The translations under genes were made by a program, and so were the position numbers. Shown piece after piece: positions 21,395-31,100 of a stretch of DNA of 64,000 bases. Every line of letters begins with the position of its first letter. Position 1 is the first letter of the stretch. The notes under the pieces were generated by a model. It was given only the letters and a program-made list of their open reading frames with translations, ran no database searches and was not told the DNA's origin. Origin of the DNA: Planctomycetota bacterium (lineage in GTDB: Bacteria > Planctomycetota > Phycisphaerae > Phycisphaerales > UBA1924); NCBI GenBank assembly GCA_038748775.1, contig JBCDIT010000016.1:6600-70599 (forward strand), given 5' to 3'.

Positions 21395-22287
21395 CGGCTT
21401 TGGCACTCGACGTCGAGACCAACGTTCCGATTCCGACCTGGTTCAAGGTTGGTGGTCGTGCGTCGCGTCTTGTCAGGCCGTCGACGGTCGACGAGCTGAG
21501 GGCGGCTCTGGAACTCGACCGCGAGGCGTCCATCCTTGGAGACGGAGCGAACCTGATCGTCGCCGATGGCGGTGTTGGTCAATTGGTAATCGATCTTTCG
21601 GCTCTCCGCGAAACGTCGATCGATGGCACCTCGGTGCGTGCTCAAGCGGGGGCGAGGTTACCTTCGCTGGTGACGCGCACGTCGAAACGTGGGCTCGCGG
21701 GGATGCACACTCTTGCCGGGGTGCCGGCGTCGGTCGGTGGGGCGATCGTGATGAACGCCGGAGGGGCCCACGGCCAGATCGCCGACACGGTGGCCTCGGT
21801 TACGGCGATGGACCGGAACGGTGAGGTCGTCACGTTTGGGCGCGGCGACATCTCGTTCGGCTATCGACGATCGGGCTTAAACCACCTGGTCGTCATCGGC
21901 GCGGAGTTTCGGTTGTCCGAGGGTGATGCCGGCGACCTCACCGCGTCGGTGAAGTCGATCATGCAGGCCAAGAAGGCATCGCAGCCTTTGGCCGACCGCT
22001 CGGCGGGGTGTTGCTTCAAAAACCCGACGTTAGAGCGTCTGATTGAGGGCATCGGCGACGCCGGCGCGCGCGTGAGCGCCGGGATGCTGATCGATCGAGC
22101 GGGGTGCAAGGCGCTCCGACGCGGCACGGCCGAGGTGTCGCCGATCCACGCGAACTTCATCACGCTGGATCGGACCGGGGGGCGAGCCGACGACGTGATT
22201 GGGCTGATGGGTGAGGTCGAACGCCGCGTGGAGGACGCCTTCGGGGTGGTCCTCGAACGCGAGGTTGTGGTCTGGGGTGATCGGTAG
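21391..22287 (+). CDS. murB: UDP-N-acetylenolpyruvoylglucosamine reductase
   Basis: GTG overlaps the murC stop. FAD-binding PCMH-type N-terminus (ILGDGANLIV) and SAGCCFKNP motif. Confidence 0.85.
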   Translation: MTALALDVETNVPIPTWFKVGGRASRLVRPSTVDELRAALELDREASILGDGANLIVADGGVGQLVIDLSALRETSIDGTSVRAQAGARLPSLVTRTSKRGLAGMHTLAGVPASVGGAIVMNAGGAHGQIADTVASVTAMDRNGEVVTFGRGDISFGYRRSGLNHLVVIGAEFRLSEGDAGDLTASVKSIMQAKKASQPLADRSAGCCFKNPTLERLIEGIGDAGARVSAGMLIDRAGCKALRRGTAEVSPIHANFITLDRTGGRADDVIGLMGEVERRVEDAFGVVLEREVVVWGDR

Positions 22288-22368
22288 CGGACCGCCCCAT
22301 GGTTTGGCCTGGGATGGGAACCATTACGCCCCGGAGGTCCAACCGACCGATACCCGACGAGTGCGCCC

Positions 22369-23346
22369 GTGCGCGACGTGAGTCGACGAATCCGCCTGCA
22401 GAGATGCCCGATGCCCCGAAAGCCTGCCTCGAAAGCCAGTAAGCGCAAGAAGAAAGCGGACGGTCCGTTCGACGCGATCCGTTGGGATGCGGTGCGGAGC
22501 CGTGCGAAACCCATTGCGATCGGGTTGGCGATCTTGGTCGCCGGCCTGGCGGTGACATCGGGTTTGAACGCGATCAACTCTCGCGCCGCCAGTGGCTTGG
22601 GCGCGGGACGGGCCGCCGATGAACTCCCCCTGGACATTCTCTGGCCCTCCGTTCCGGGCGGGGCCGAGGGCGAGACGTGGCTGCCCGAGGTCGAGCAGGC
22701 CGACATTTTGAGGGTGGCGCGGGCCGCGGTTCGCGAGCCGGACCCGCTCTCGGTGCGCCCTCTGGCCCAGGTGACGCAGGCCCTCGAAGAAACCGGTTGG
22801 TTCAACGGGGCTCCGTCGGCGAGGCGGAGCGAGAACGGCGCGATCGTGGTCAGCGGAAACTGGCGCGTGCCCGCCGCGGTGGTTCGGCACGCCGGCTGGG
22901 ACCACCTCGTGAGCTGGGATGCGATGCCGATGCCCAGGCGGTACGGGCCCGGCACCTCGAATCAGCGTCAGATCCTCAACGCCTCGTTCGCGCCGGGCCC
23001 TTATGACGATCCGGTCGATCGGTATCGTTCGCCCTGGCCTGGGGAAGACGTTGCCGGCGGGCTCGCGCTGTTGCGTTTGCTCGCGGAACGTGGTCTGGTG
23101 ACCGAGGTCGAGGCGATCGACGTGAAGGACCACGCCGAGGGTCGGCTCGAACTCGTCACGGTGCACAACACTCGGATCGAGTGGGGCTCGGCCCCGGGCC
23201 AATGGCGACCCGGGCAGGCCACCGACGAAGAACGCGTCGAGAGGCTCCAGCGCCTGGTGACCGAGTTCGGCCGCATCGACGGTGGGGCCGATTTGGTCCG
23301 GATCGCCGGTGCGCACGTCGAGCGGCACGGCACCGGGCGGCGTTAA
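22369..23346 (+). CDS. FtsQ/DivIB-like membrane-anchored protein (putative POTRA)
   Basis: Basic N-terminus and a single TM (IAIGLAILVAGLAVT). The following segment fits the FtsQ POTRA pattern (LAQVTQALEETGWFNGA...IVVSGNWRVPAAVV). It sits after murC-murB. Assignment rests on pattern and context only. Confidence 0.45.
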   Translation: MRDVSRRIRLQRCPMPRKPASKASKRKKKADGPFDAIRWDAVRSRAKPIAIGLAILVAGLAVTSGLNAINSRAASGLGAGRAADELPLDILWPSVPGGAEGETWLPEVEQADILRVARAAVREPDPLSVRPLAQVTQALEETGWFNGAPSARRSENGAIVVSGNWRVPAAVVRHAGWDHLVSWDAMPMPRRYGPGTSNQRQILNASFAPGPYDDPVDRYRSPWPGEDVAGGLALLRLLAERGLVTEVEAIDVKDHAEGRLELVTVHNTRIEWGSAPGQWRPGQATDEERVERLQRLVTEFGRIDGGADLVRIAGAHVERHGTGRR

Positions 23347-23532
23347 TCCGTCGACCGTCCGCCCGGCACCTATTCGGGCCGGGGGTTTCCGGTGACATCG
23401 GAATCTGAGTACTCATCGCGGTTTGGCGTGCAACAGACGGCCGGCGGACGGACTTCTGTTCTCGAGAACCGAGCCGCTGCGTAGACGCCACCGTTGGCGG
23501 CATGCGCGGTTGTTCCACCGAGAATTGGAGTG

Positions 23533-24276
23533 ATGAAGATGAATTCTGCTGTTGCTATCGCTGCGCTCGCCTTGAGCGGCGCCGCTCATGCCCAGTCTTT
23601 CACGACCGTCTTCGGCCCGAACGGCGGCGTCGGGGACGCAGTGCCCGACAGCGCGGTCCTGAACGGTCTGGAGTCTTTCACGACGTTCGGCGGTGCGAAC
23701 AACAACATCGGCCCGCAAGCCGGCTCGCCGAACACCGGTGAGGTGCTCTTCTTCCAGATCGGTCCGTTCTACGTCGGTGGCGCCGGCCCGGCGACGAGCA
23801 ACCCGCTGAGCGCACAGGGCCTCTCGAACCTCGGGGCCCCGGTCTCGAACAACAACGCGTACGGCGTCCTCGGTACCGGTCGTTCGGACATCATCTTCGA
23901 CCAGGGTGCTGTTGAGAGCGTGACGCTCCAGGTTCGCGGCACGGCCGATGGTCTGACGACCGGCTCGAGCCCGAACAACAGCTTCGGCGGTGTCCAGGAC
24001 CTCGCCGACGCCTCGGGTACGGTCCTGATCTGGACCGAACTCGGTCTCCAGGCGACTGTGAACAACGTCTCGTTGGATGACTTCCAGACCCTCGAGTTCG
24101 ACATCTCGGCTCTCGCCGGCGACTCGATCACCCGGATCAGCCTGATCAACGATGGCCCGTTCAACTCGGGGATCGTCCTCGGCGAACTGACGGTCGGCGT
24201 TGTTCCGTCGCCGGGCGCGGCCGCGGTGATCGGTCTCGGTGCGTTCGTTGCTGGGCGTCGTCGTCGGGGTCACTGA
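23533..24276 (+). CDS. PEP-CTERM-anchored secreted protein
   Basis: Signal peptide MKMNSAVAIAALALSGAAHAQ and C-terminus VVPSPGAAAVIGLGAFVAGRRRRGH (PEP-like motif, helix, Arg cluster). Confidence 0.7.
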   Translation: MKMNSAVAIAALALSGAAHAQSFTTVFGPNGGVGDAVPDSAVLNGLESFTTFGGANNNIGPQAGSPNTGEVLFFQIGPFYVGGAGPATSNPLSAQGLSNLGAPVSNNNAYGVLGTGRSDIIFDQGAVESVTLQVRGTADGLTTGSSPNNSFGGVQDLADASGTVLIWTELGLQATVNNVSLDDFQTLEFDISALAGDSITRISLINDGPFNSGIVLGELTVGVVPSPGAAAVIGLGAFVAGRRRRGH

Positions 24277-24291
24277 ACCACGAAACAGCGC

Positions 24292-24318
24292 GCGGCGACG
24301 TCCCACAGACGTCGTCGC
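24292..24318. terminator. hairpin between convergent genes (candidate bidirectional terminator)
   Basis: 10-bp stem GCGGCGACGT / ACGTCGTCGC (one G-U pair) with a 7-nt loop, between the stops at 24276 (+) and 24353 (-). Confidence 0.4.
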
Positions 24319-24352
24319 GATTCGAGAACTCGCGACGGCAGGGCTGGCGGGG

Positions 24353-24877
24353 TCAGGCCAGGAGCCGGTCGAACCACTCAAACGCGGATCGGGCGTGTTG
24401 GAATTCGGGATAGATGCGGTCCGGCTGCACAAGCTCGAAGTCGTCCCATTCGAATCCCGGGGAGACGGTGCAGCCCATGAGCGCGAACGCATCGGCATTG
24501 CCTTCGAGGTCGGCGGTCATGATCGCGCCTTGCCACCAGCCGGCTGGCACGACGACTTGCGGGCGTTGGCCGATCGTGATGTCCTGTCCGATGACGACGA
24601 CCTCGGCACGGCCTTCCGGGTCGACGCGGAGCTGTGTGACGGGGTCGCCCATGTAGTGGTGAAAGACCTCGTCTGACTTCACGCGATGCAGGGCGCTCAC
24701 CGCTCCGCTTCGGAGCAGGTAGTAGATCTGCGTGCTGCATGATCGCTCCGCTCCTTGCGTGGGCAGCGCAGCGCCCGGGATCGACGTGGAAGACTTGTAG
24801 GTTTCTCGATACCAGCCGCCTTCGCCTGGGAGGGGTTCAAGGCTTAGCAGCTCGATGATCTGGTCTGCGATCAGCAT
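24353..24877 (-). CDS. cupin-fold protein (DUF985 family)
   Basis: N-terminus IIELLSLEPLPGEGGWYRETYKS and FHHYMGDP are typical of DUF985 cupins. Confidence 0.75.
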   Translation of the reverse strand: MLIADQIIELLSLEPLPGEGGWYRETYKSSTSIPGAALPTQGAERSCSTQIYYLLRSGAVSALHRVKSDEVFHHYMGDPVTQLRVDPEGRAEVVVIGQDITIGQRPQVVVPAGWWQGAIMTADLEGNADAFALMGCTVSPGFEWDDFELVQPDRIYPEFQHARSAFEWFDRLLA

Positions 24878-24909
24878 CGGTCAGGGTACGCGACGCACTT
24901 TCTGCTGAC

Positions 24910-25224
24910 TCAAGCGTCGTCGCTGTTGCCTTCGTGACTCTCGTCGTCATCAACGTGCAAATCCTCATCGTCTGAAGTGGCCTGCGATGTACCGACGCTC
25001 ATGACGCCGACACCGATGGAGAGCCCGATGGCGGTGCCGATCGCGATGCCCATGCTGAGCCAGAAACCGATGTTGTCGGTCAGCACGCCGACGGTGGTAC
25101 CGAAGGCGACGCCCAAGCCGGCTCCAAGCGAGAGGCCAAGGTCGATGCCCGTGGATTTCGCTTGTTTGCGATCTGTCTTGTTGTGATCGGTCATTGCCAT
25201 TGCCGCTTCTTTGGAGAACGGCAA
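24910..25224 (-). CDS. small glycine-zipper membrane protein
   Basis: GLSLGAGLGVAFGTTVGV and IAIGTAIGLSIGVGV helices with an acidic tail. Start uncertain (ATGs at 25224, 25200 and 25194). Confidence 0.5.
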   Translation of the reverse strand: MPFSKEAAMAMTDHNKTDRKQAKSTGIDLGLSLGAGLGVAFGTTVGVLTDNIGFWLSMGIAIGTAIGLSIGVGVMSVGTSQATSDDEDLHVDDDESHEGNSDDA

Positions 25225-25293
25225 AGTGCGGTTTCTGCAATCCGCGGTCGGTGTTCGTTCATCCGCCGCGATCTATACGGCGGCTGTCGCTGT

Positions 25294-25815
25294 TCATGAC
25301 CACGTCCAGAGGTGGATCTCGCCTCGGTCACCTTGGTCTTCGACCGTCCAGAACGGGCTCGTCGGCAACCCTTCGACCCGGAATGAGACGTCCGTGATGG
25401 CGTACTCGGTCACGAGCCCCGGGTAGGAGCGCGACTCTTGGACATCGATGGACGGTCGCCCGACCGAGAGGCACGTCGTCCTGGAGGCATCGATCGCGAG
25501 TTCTTCGCAGAGTCCCCTGGTTCCTGTTTGCTGGGCAGACTCGCCCGGGAGCGCCTTCTCCGCCGGTTCTCGCCCACGGGCGTAGAAGGCACCTTGTTCG
25601 ATCACGCCGTGCTCGAGGAGCGTGCGGCCCCGGTCGTCGCGAACGATCATGCGGGAGATCGTGATTCGTCTAAGGCGGGCGTGGTCGTCGAGGACGGTTT
25701 CTCCGGCGTTGACTTCGCGTGCGAGGCCTTCGAGGGCTCGGCGTGCGTCACGCCATCGCGAGAGATCGAGCCCCCACGATTGGAGTTGAGCCTTGATGGA
25801 TTCGCGTGTGGCCAT
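25294..25815 (-). CDS. hypothetical protein (weak Nudix-fold resemblance)
   Basis: 173-aa ORF with good GC3. LPGESAQQTGTRGLCEELAI is only a degenerate Nudix-box-like string. Confidence 0.45.
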   Translation of the reverse strand: MATRESIKAQLQSWGLDLSRWRDARRALEGLAREVNAGETVLDDHARLRRITISRMIVRDDRGRTLLEHGVIEQGAFYARGREPAEKALPGESAQQTGTRGLCEELAIDASRTTCLSVGRPSIDVQESRSYPGLVTEYAITDVSFRVEGLPTSPFWTVEDQGDRGEIHLWTWS

Positions 25816-25830
25816 CGGAATACTGAGCGA

Positions 25831-26502
25831 TCAGGCCCCCGGCGTCATGTACATCAGCGCGTTGAAGTCGATCTCGCCCACCGGCGACCCGAAGTGTCTG
25901 AGCATGTTCATCGCCTGGGCGCGGTGGTGCACCTCATGGAAGACGAGTTGGCTGGCGACGTCGGCACGGCTCGCGAGGTATCTCGGGAGTTCATCGGATC
26001 CGGTCGTCACGTCAAGCGGAGTGTCCCAATCGGTCACGCCTCTGAGTTGTGCGAGTGATTGTTCCGCCTGTTCGCGCCAATGCTGCTCGAGTGAGCCGAA
26101 CGGGAAGGGGGTGTTTGGCTCGGGGTCTTGCTCGGGAAGGAGATCTCGAAGGGGGCCGGGTCGCCCGATGATCCGTTGCACGTAGCACCACTCAGCAGCC
26201 CTGACGTGGTGCAGCGTGAGGGCGAGCGACCCGAGGCCGATCGGGAAGACCTGTGCGTACTGCTCCGGCGTGAGCGTTCGGGTCCGGTCGAACACCTCTG
26301 CTCGCGATTTGGTCAGATACTCGTACAGGCGTGGCGGGTGCACTCGGGTTTCCTCTTGAGACCAGTCTACCCGTCGGTACCACGAATCGGTGTTCCGACC
26401 GGTTGCTGAGAGATCGCCCTTGCGTGTGACCCGAATGGGTGGTGCAAAGTCGACGTGGTACGTCACGCGGGTCGACCGTCGGCGTGAGGTGATCTCGAAC
26501 AC
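25831..26502 (-). CDS. DinB-family (DUF664-like) metal-dependent protein
   Basis: LTLHHVRAAEW and LVFHEVHHRAQAMNMLRHFG fit the DinB four-helix His triad. The true start is possibly downstream of the track start. Confidence 0.7.
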   Translation of the reverse strand: MFEITSRRRSTRVTYHVDFAPPIRVTRKGDLSATGRNTDSWYRRVDWSQEETRVHPPRLYEYLTKSRAEVFDRTRTLTPEQYAQVFPIGLGSLALTLHHVRAAEWCYVQRIIGRPGPLRDLLPEQDPEPNTPFPFGSLEQHWREQAEQSLAQLRGVTDWDTPLDVTTGSDELPRYLASRADVASQLVFHEVHHRAQAMNMLRHFGSPVGEIDFNALMYMTPGA

Positions 26503-26838
26503 ACCTCAGGATCGGGTCTTAGCGGGTCGGTCAACGTCACTTATGAGATCATTGGTGCGGTTGAACCGTTCACGCTTACGTCGTCCTGTGGGTTGGTCCT
26601 TGGAAATGGGCTGTTGTCCGCTGCGTCGATATCCGATGCGCGTAAGTGCATTGCAGAGTGTTCTTTGTGGTCTTTTTGGCATGGGCTTTGAGAAATAACT
26701 TGCGTCTCTCGTCTCAATCGTGAATCTACGTAAACCACGGGTCTCGTTCGTGGCAGAGCAGTAGCTGAGTGTTGCTTCGTTGTTCATCGGTCCGGCGTTG
26801 TGTCGGCCGATTCTGTTGTATCGCAATCAGAACTGGAG

Positions 26839-27633
26839 ATGGAAATGAAACGCAACGGTAAATCCGTTCGGCGTGGCTTCGCGCTGACCGCTTCAATCTT
26901 TGGCGGAGCCTTGGCCGTTGGTGCCGGCGTGGCGCTCCTGTACTCGGGGTCTCCTGCCGGGACGGCCGCGTCGCTCGCATCGGCTGCAGCGTCCACGGCC
27001 CAGGTCTCACCGAGCTCGCTCGCGAACGTCTGCGTTCGCGGCTTCAGCAAGGACTTTTGCAACGGGAGTCTCATCCCTGGGACGATCACGAGCGGGAGTT
27101 GTACCGCCGGCGGGAGTGCGTGCAAGACGTGGGTGGTGAGCAACGCGCGGCTCGACACGACGGTCGACTCGAACTTCCAGTTGTGTGCATCGAACGGGCG
27201 TTGCGACGAGGCCCCCGGGAAGAACGGGGACCTTCGGGCCGAGATTACCTACACGCTTCGCGCGCAGGACCCTTGTCCGTATCGGGGCTACTACGAGGGC
27301 AAATGGGAGCTCATCGCGGTCGACGGCACGGTGTACCAAGGGACGGTGACCGGGACGATCGGTGCCGGATCGCATCGGGAAACCGCTTGCGGCGCCGGCG
27401 CGGACAACTGCGAGCGGTGCGTCGACACCGAGTTCACCGGTGTTTGGCGTTTGGGGACGGAAGCGACCTTCAAGGGGGAGCGCATCGGCGGACCGCTGGG
27501 TATCCGTGACGAGATCGTCTTCTCGATGGCCGGTGATTTCATTTCACCGGCAACCGCCAGCGGCGGATTGAACGTGAACTCCGGTTGGGTCTTTGTTGGC
27601 AACGGCGACGGCGTGTACGTGTCGTGCCCGTGA
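26839..27633 (+). CDS. cysteine-rich secreted/anchored protein, unknown family
   Basis: ATG at 26839 (MEMKRNGKSVRRGFALTASIFGGALAVGAGVALL) and 14 Cys in the mature part. Lower-G+C patch. Confidence 0.55.
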   Translation: MEMKRNGKSVRRGFALTASIFGGALAVGAGVALLYSGSPAGTAASLASAAASTAQVSPSSLANVCVRGFSKDFCNGSLIPGTITSGSCTAGGSACKTWVVSNARLDTTVDSNFQLCASNGRCDEAPGKNGDLRAEITYTLRAQDPCPYRGYYEGKWELIAVDGTVYQGTVTGTIGAGSHRETACGAGADNCERCVDTEFTGVWRLGTEATFKGERIGGPLGIRDEIVFSMAGDFISPATASGGLNVNSGWVFVGNGDGVYVSCP

Positions 27634-27671
27634 TCTCGACTCCGGGCGTCCTTTCATCGGGGTGCCCGGGC

Positions 27672-28580
27672 TTACCGCATCCCTGGCGCATCGATAAGCG
27701 TCCACTGCGACGTTTGGAACTCGTGTACGCCGGGCCCGCTTATCGCCAACTCTATGGCTATCGATGAGAGTACTTTGAGCGCTTGGTCGTATGACCAGCG
27801 TACGCTCGAGACTAAGATCGAGCGAGACAGTTGATCTTCGAAGTCGTCCTCGATCGGGGCGTCGAGTGCTCGTCCTAATGTTGTGATAGGTTCGACAAGC
27901 GCTTCGCCGTTGACACGCGACACGCCGATGAACTCGACGATGCCTTCGGTCTCCGGATCGTCATTCAACTCTACCGTGACCGTTGCGGGAAGTGTTGCTT
28001 GTGAGATCAGTGTCGGCAAGAGGTATTCATCGAGGATCGGCTCGCCAGGTACGAGCGTCCAGCCGTAGCCGAAGAGGAACGGCGACATCTGGCCGACAAA
28101 CCCCTCAAGCATCGCGTCATAGGTCGCGAACGTGTCGGTCACGTACTCGACGGCTATATCGGCGCTTTCTTGTGATGTCAGGCCGGCTTCCACCTTCGCT
28201 CTCAGCATGGCGGTGCCGAGTGCTATGCCGGCATCTCGGTGAACCGTCCAGTCTCGCATCCCGACAATCGCGTGGTTCTCATCGAGAACAAATTCTACGG
28301 GGATCTCGAGCACGTCCTCGTCGACATTGAAGAGCGAAACCATTTGTTCTTTGGTAACTTCTCCCGAGAATTTGATCGTCATCGACAGAACGTCGGGTTC
28401 TCCCGGGTCGCTGATCAGGCGGATCACGTAGTCGACTTGTGTGCGATGCATCTGCCCGTCTTCGGTGACTGTCTTTTCGACTCGATACGTGTAGTTCGAC
28501 CCGCTCTTGAGACCGAAGGCGGCATGAAACGGCTCAGGGCTGGTCGCGGTTGCGATCAGCGTGAGGGTGGCGAGCAACAT
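27672..28580 (-). CDS. hypothetical secreted protein
   Basis: An internal ATG at 28580 gives the signal-like MLLATLTLIATATS and avoids overlap with the next gene. Lower G+C. No family recognised. Confidence 0.5.
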   Translation of the reverse strand: MLLATLTLIATATSPEPFHAAFGLKSGSNYTYRVEKTVTEDGQMHRTQVDYVIRLISDPGEPDVLSMTIKFSGEVTKEQMVSLFNVDEDVLEIPVEFVLDENHAIVGMRDWTVHRDAGIALGTAMLRAKVEAGLTSQESADIAVEYVTDTFATYDAMLEGFVGQMSPFLFGYGWTLVPGEPILDEYLLPTLISQATLPATVTVELNDDPETEGIVEFIGVSRVNGEALVEPITTLGRALDAPIEDDFEDQLSRSILVSSVRWSYDQALKVLSSIAIELAISGPGVHEFQTSQWTLIDAPGMR

Positions 28581-28605
28581 GGAATCTCCACTGAGTTTGG
28601 CTGGG

Positions 28606-28959
28606 TCACTCGGGCGAACGGTACAGCCCGATGGTCGTGCCCTCGGGGTCGGCGATCCAAGCAAACTCGCCCTTGCCGCCCGGGATCTCGGTGCGGGGGA
28701 TCAGGATGGTGCCGCCGAGTGATTCGGCTTTCTGCGCGACCGCGTCGATGTCGTCGACGCTCACGTAGATGTTGGTGTAGTTGTGCGGTTCGTGGCCCAG
28801 CGTGGTGAGCATTCCGTTGATGCCGCCACCGGCACCGGTGGTGAGTTCGGTCGACATCTCGCCCGGCTCGGCGGTCCAGCCGAAGAGGTCGCAGTAGAAC
28901 GCTCGTGTCTTCTGATTGTCGCGGCAGCCGATTTCGAAATGCACGACCGGGTAGCCCAT
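28606..28959 (-). CDS. VOC (glyoxalase/bleomycin-resistance) family protein
   Basis: ATG at 28959. MGYPVVHFEIGCRD...FYCDLFGW and FAWIADPEGTTIGL are typical of the VOC fold. Confidence 0.8.
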   Translation of the reverse strand: MGYPVVHFEIGCRDNQKTRAFYCDLFGWTAEPGEMSTELTTGAGGGINGMLTTLGHEPHNYTNIYVSVDDIDAVAQKAESLGGTILIPRTEIPGGKGEFAWIADPEGTTIGLYRSPE

Positions 28960-29022
28960 AGTGGTCTCCTCATAAGGGGTGAATTCTGAGTTTACAAAGG
29001 TGGCTGCCCGACGACGCACCGA

Positions 29023-29556
29023 TTACTCGGCGATTCGGGCGTACACGTCTTGATCCCAGAACCGCCCTTTCCAAAGGGCATAGTCGCGGAGCGTGCCCTC
29101 GTGCTGGAATCCGTGACGGGCGAGGACCCGCGCCGAACGCCCGTTCTCAGGCGATACGAAGGCTTCGAGTCTACGGAGGCCGAGGGTTTCGAACCCGGTC
29201 GCCACGAGGAAGGGCAGTAGGATGTCGATCGTCCCACGCCCCCAGTGAGACTTCGCGAGGTCGAAGGCGATCTCGCCTCGTGACGCCCTGTCGCGGGTGA
29301 TGCTGTTGAAGCCGCAGGTTCCGACGAACGCTCCCGACGTCTCGCGGACGACCCATCGACCGCCTCGTTCGGCTTGTTCGATGTCGGCCGCCCATCTGAT
29401 GATGGCCTCGGCGCCCGCGCGGTCGACCAGCGGATCGATATCCAAGTGCTCGGTCACGTCGGGATCTGAAAAGTGAGCGAACAGGTCGTCCGCGTCCGTC
29501 GCGTTCAACGGCGCCAGCATGAAGGTCTTGAGGTCAACCGTTTCTGGGAGTCCCAC
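29023..29556 (-). CDS. GNAT family N-acetyltransferase (RimJ/RimL-like)
   Basis: FAHFSDPDVTEHL, EIAFDLAKSHWGRG and ENGRSARVLARHGF motifs. 177 aa. Confidence 0.8.
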   Translation of the reverse strand: MGLPETVDLKTFMLAPLNATDADDLFAHFSDPDVTEHLDIDPLVDRAGAEAIIRWAADIEQAERGGRWVVRETSGAFVGTCGFNSITRDRASRGEIAFDLAKSHWGRGTIDILLPFLVATGFETLGLRRLEAFVSPENGRSARVLARHGFQHEGTLRDYALWKGRFWDQDVYARIAE

Positions 29557-29574
29557 GTCACAAGCGTATGAGAG

Positions 29575-29946
29575 TCACCCGCCCGATGCCTTCGCGCGGT
29601 ACCCGAACGAGGTGAGCCTGGACACGACTTCGTCGCGGTGGTCGCCCTGGAGGACGATCTCGGGGCCGGTCTCGGATTCAGAAAGGCCGCCGCCGGTTCC
29701 GAATCGTGTGCGGAGGTCTTTGAGCAGGGGCTTGAGGTCGGTCGAGCCCTCGCCGGGCGACGCGTGGATGTCCGCGATGATGGTGTTCCACTTGCCGCGA
29801 CGTTTCTCTCGCCGAACCCGGGGGCTTTGGGATTTCGGCGGGCATGCGTTGCCCTTCGCGTCTTTGGGGCACGCGCACGATTCGTTGTTGCAGTGCTCGC
29901 ATGTGACCGGGCGTTCGAGCGAGGTGCCGGCGAAGAGGCCTGACAT
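29575..29946 (-). CDS. SUI1/YciH-type translation initiation factor-like protein
   Basis: RREKRRGKWNTIIADI...LKDLRTRFGTGGG...EIVLQGDHRDEVVSRL matches the SUI1 domain. Cys-rich N-terminal extension. The start overlaps the upstream stop. Confidence 0.8.
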   Translation of the reverse strand: MSGLFAGTSLERPVTCEHCNNESCACPKDAKGNACPPKSQSPRVRREKRRGKWNTIIADIHASPGEGSTDLKPLLKDLRTRFGTGGGLSESETGPEIVLQGDHRDEVVSRLTSFGYRAKASGG

Positions 29947-30332
29947 CAGAACATCCCGTTGTCGTGCATCGACTCATTGGGGATCGTCTGGAGCACGTCC
30001 CAGTGCTCGATGATCTTCCCGTTGTCGTCGAACCTGAAGATGTCGATTCCGGCGTAGTCCTGGTCTCCGGGCCACGTCTGATAGCAATGAAGGACGACGA
30101 GGTCGCCCTCGCAGACGGCCCGCTTGAACTCGACGCGCTTGCCCGGGTACTCGGTGGCCATGCGTTCGAAGTAGGCGATGAACGGCTCGATCCCGTCGCC
30201 TACGAGCGGGTTGTGCTGGATGTATCGATCACCGACGAACTTCTCGGCGCCTTCGCGGGGTTTGCACTGGTTGAAGATCATGTCGTAGAACGCGATGGCG
30301 CGGTCTTTGAGTTCGTCGGGCGCGTGGGGCAT
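29946..30332 (-). CDS. SnoaL-like / NTF2-fold protein
   Basis: 128 aa. AFYDMIFNQCKPREGAEKFVGDRYIQHNP is typical of the SnoaL-like polyketide-cyclase fold. Confidence 0.7.
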   Translation of the reverse strand: MPHAPDELKDRAIAFYDMIFNQCKPREGAEKFVGDRYIQHNPLVGDGIEPFIAYFERMATEYPGKRVEFKRAVCEGDLVVLHCYQTWPGDQDYAGIDIFRFDDNGKIIEHWDVLQTIPNESMHDNGMF

Positions 30333-30386
30333 GGAGGGCCTCCTGTCGCGCAGACTGTATCGCGGCGATCGAACCCCGTCGCCAAC

Positions 30387-31100
30387 TCAGCGGCGCCGAC
30401 GCGCCGCGAGCGTCCCGAGGCATCCCATCAGTGTGACGGTCGCAGGCGTCGGCACAACGGTGAGGGTGGCGTCGAGGAACGCGACTTCTCCGAAGGTGGC
30501 ATCCGATGTCGCGGTCATGACCGTGAAGGAGTAGTCGCCTGCCGAGAGCGTGCCCATCCCGCTGAATGGGTCGGCGGCGCCGGCGACGGTGGGGGTGGCC
30601 TCGAAGACGACGGTGTCGGAGCTATCGGTGAGCCTGACAAACCAGTCGCCGCCGGTGAGATCGCCTTCGCCGGTGACGGCGAAGTCGGAGTTGCCGAGGA
30701 CGGTGAACGTCGTCGACGCGGCGGCAAAGGAGTTGCCTCCGGTGGTGAAGGCGAAGAAAGCGTCGGAGACGAGCGAGGTATCGAAGGTGAACTCACCGCC
30801 GCTGAGCGTGGCGTCGGCTTCGACCCCGGCGCTCGCGGTGTCGGCGTACGCGTTGGACAGGTTGCCACCGAACGCGAAGCGGTTGTAAGGCAAGATCTCG
30901 AAGCCACCGGAGTCTGCGAACGACCGGTTGCCCAGGTCGACTAGGTCGTACCCGTCGTAATCGAAGGCGTTGAGGCTGGTGTAGCCCTCGACCTCGAACG
31001 CGGCGGTCGTGACCTGGCCAAGCGCGACGGGGCTGAGGCCGGCGGTGGCAAGGGCGCCACCGAAAAGGAGAAGGTCTTTGGGCGCGAGGGGGGTCGGCAT
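30387..31100 (-). CDS. PEP-CTERM-anchored secreted protein
   Basis: C-terminus VVPTPATVTLMGCLGTLAARRRR. Thr/Ser/Gly-rich beta-type body. Confidence 0.7.
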   Translation of the reverse strand: MPTPLAPKDLLLFGGALATAGLSPVALGQVTTAAFEVEGYTSLNAFDYDGYDLVDLGNRSFADSGGFEILPYNRFAFGGNLSNAYADTASAGVEADATLSGGEFTFDTSLVSDAFFAFTTGGNSFAAASTTFTVLGNSDFAVTGEGDLTGGDWFVRLTDSSDTVVFEATPTVAGAADPFSGMGTLSAGDYSFTVMTATSDATFGEVAFLDATLTVVPTPATVTLMGCLGTLAARRRR

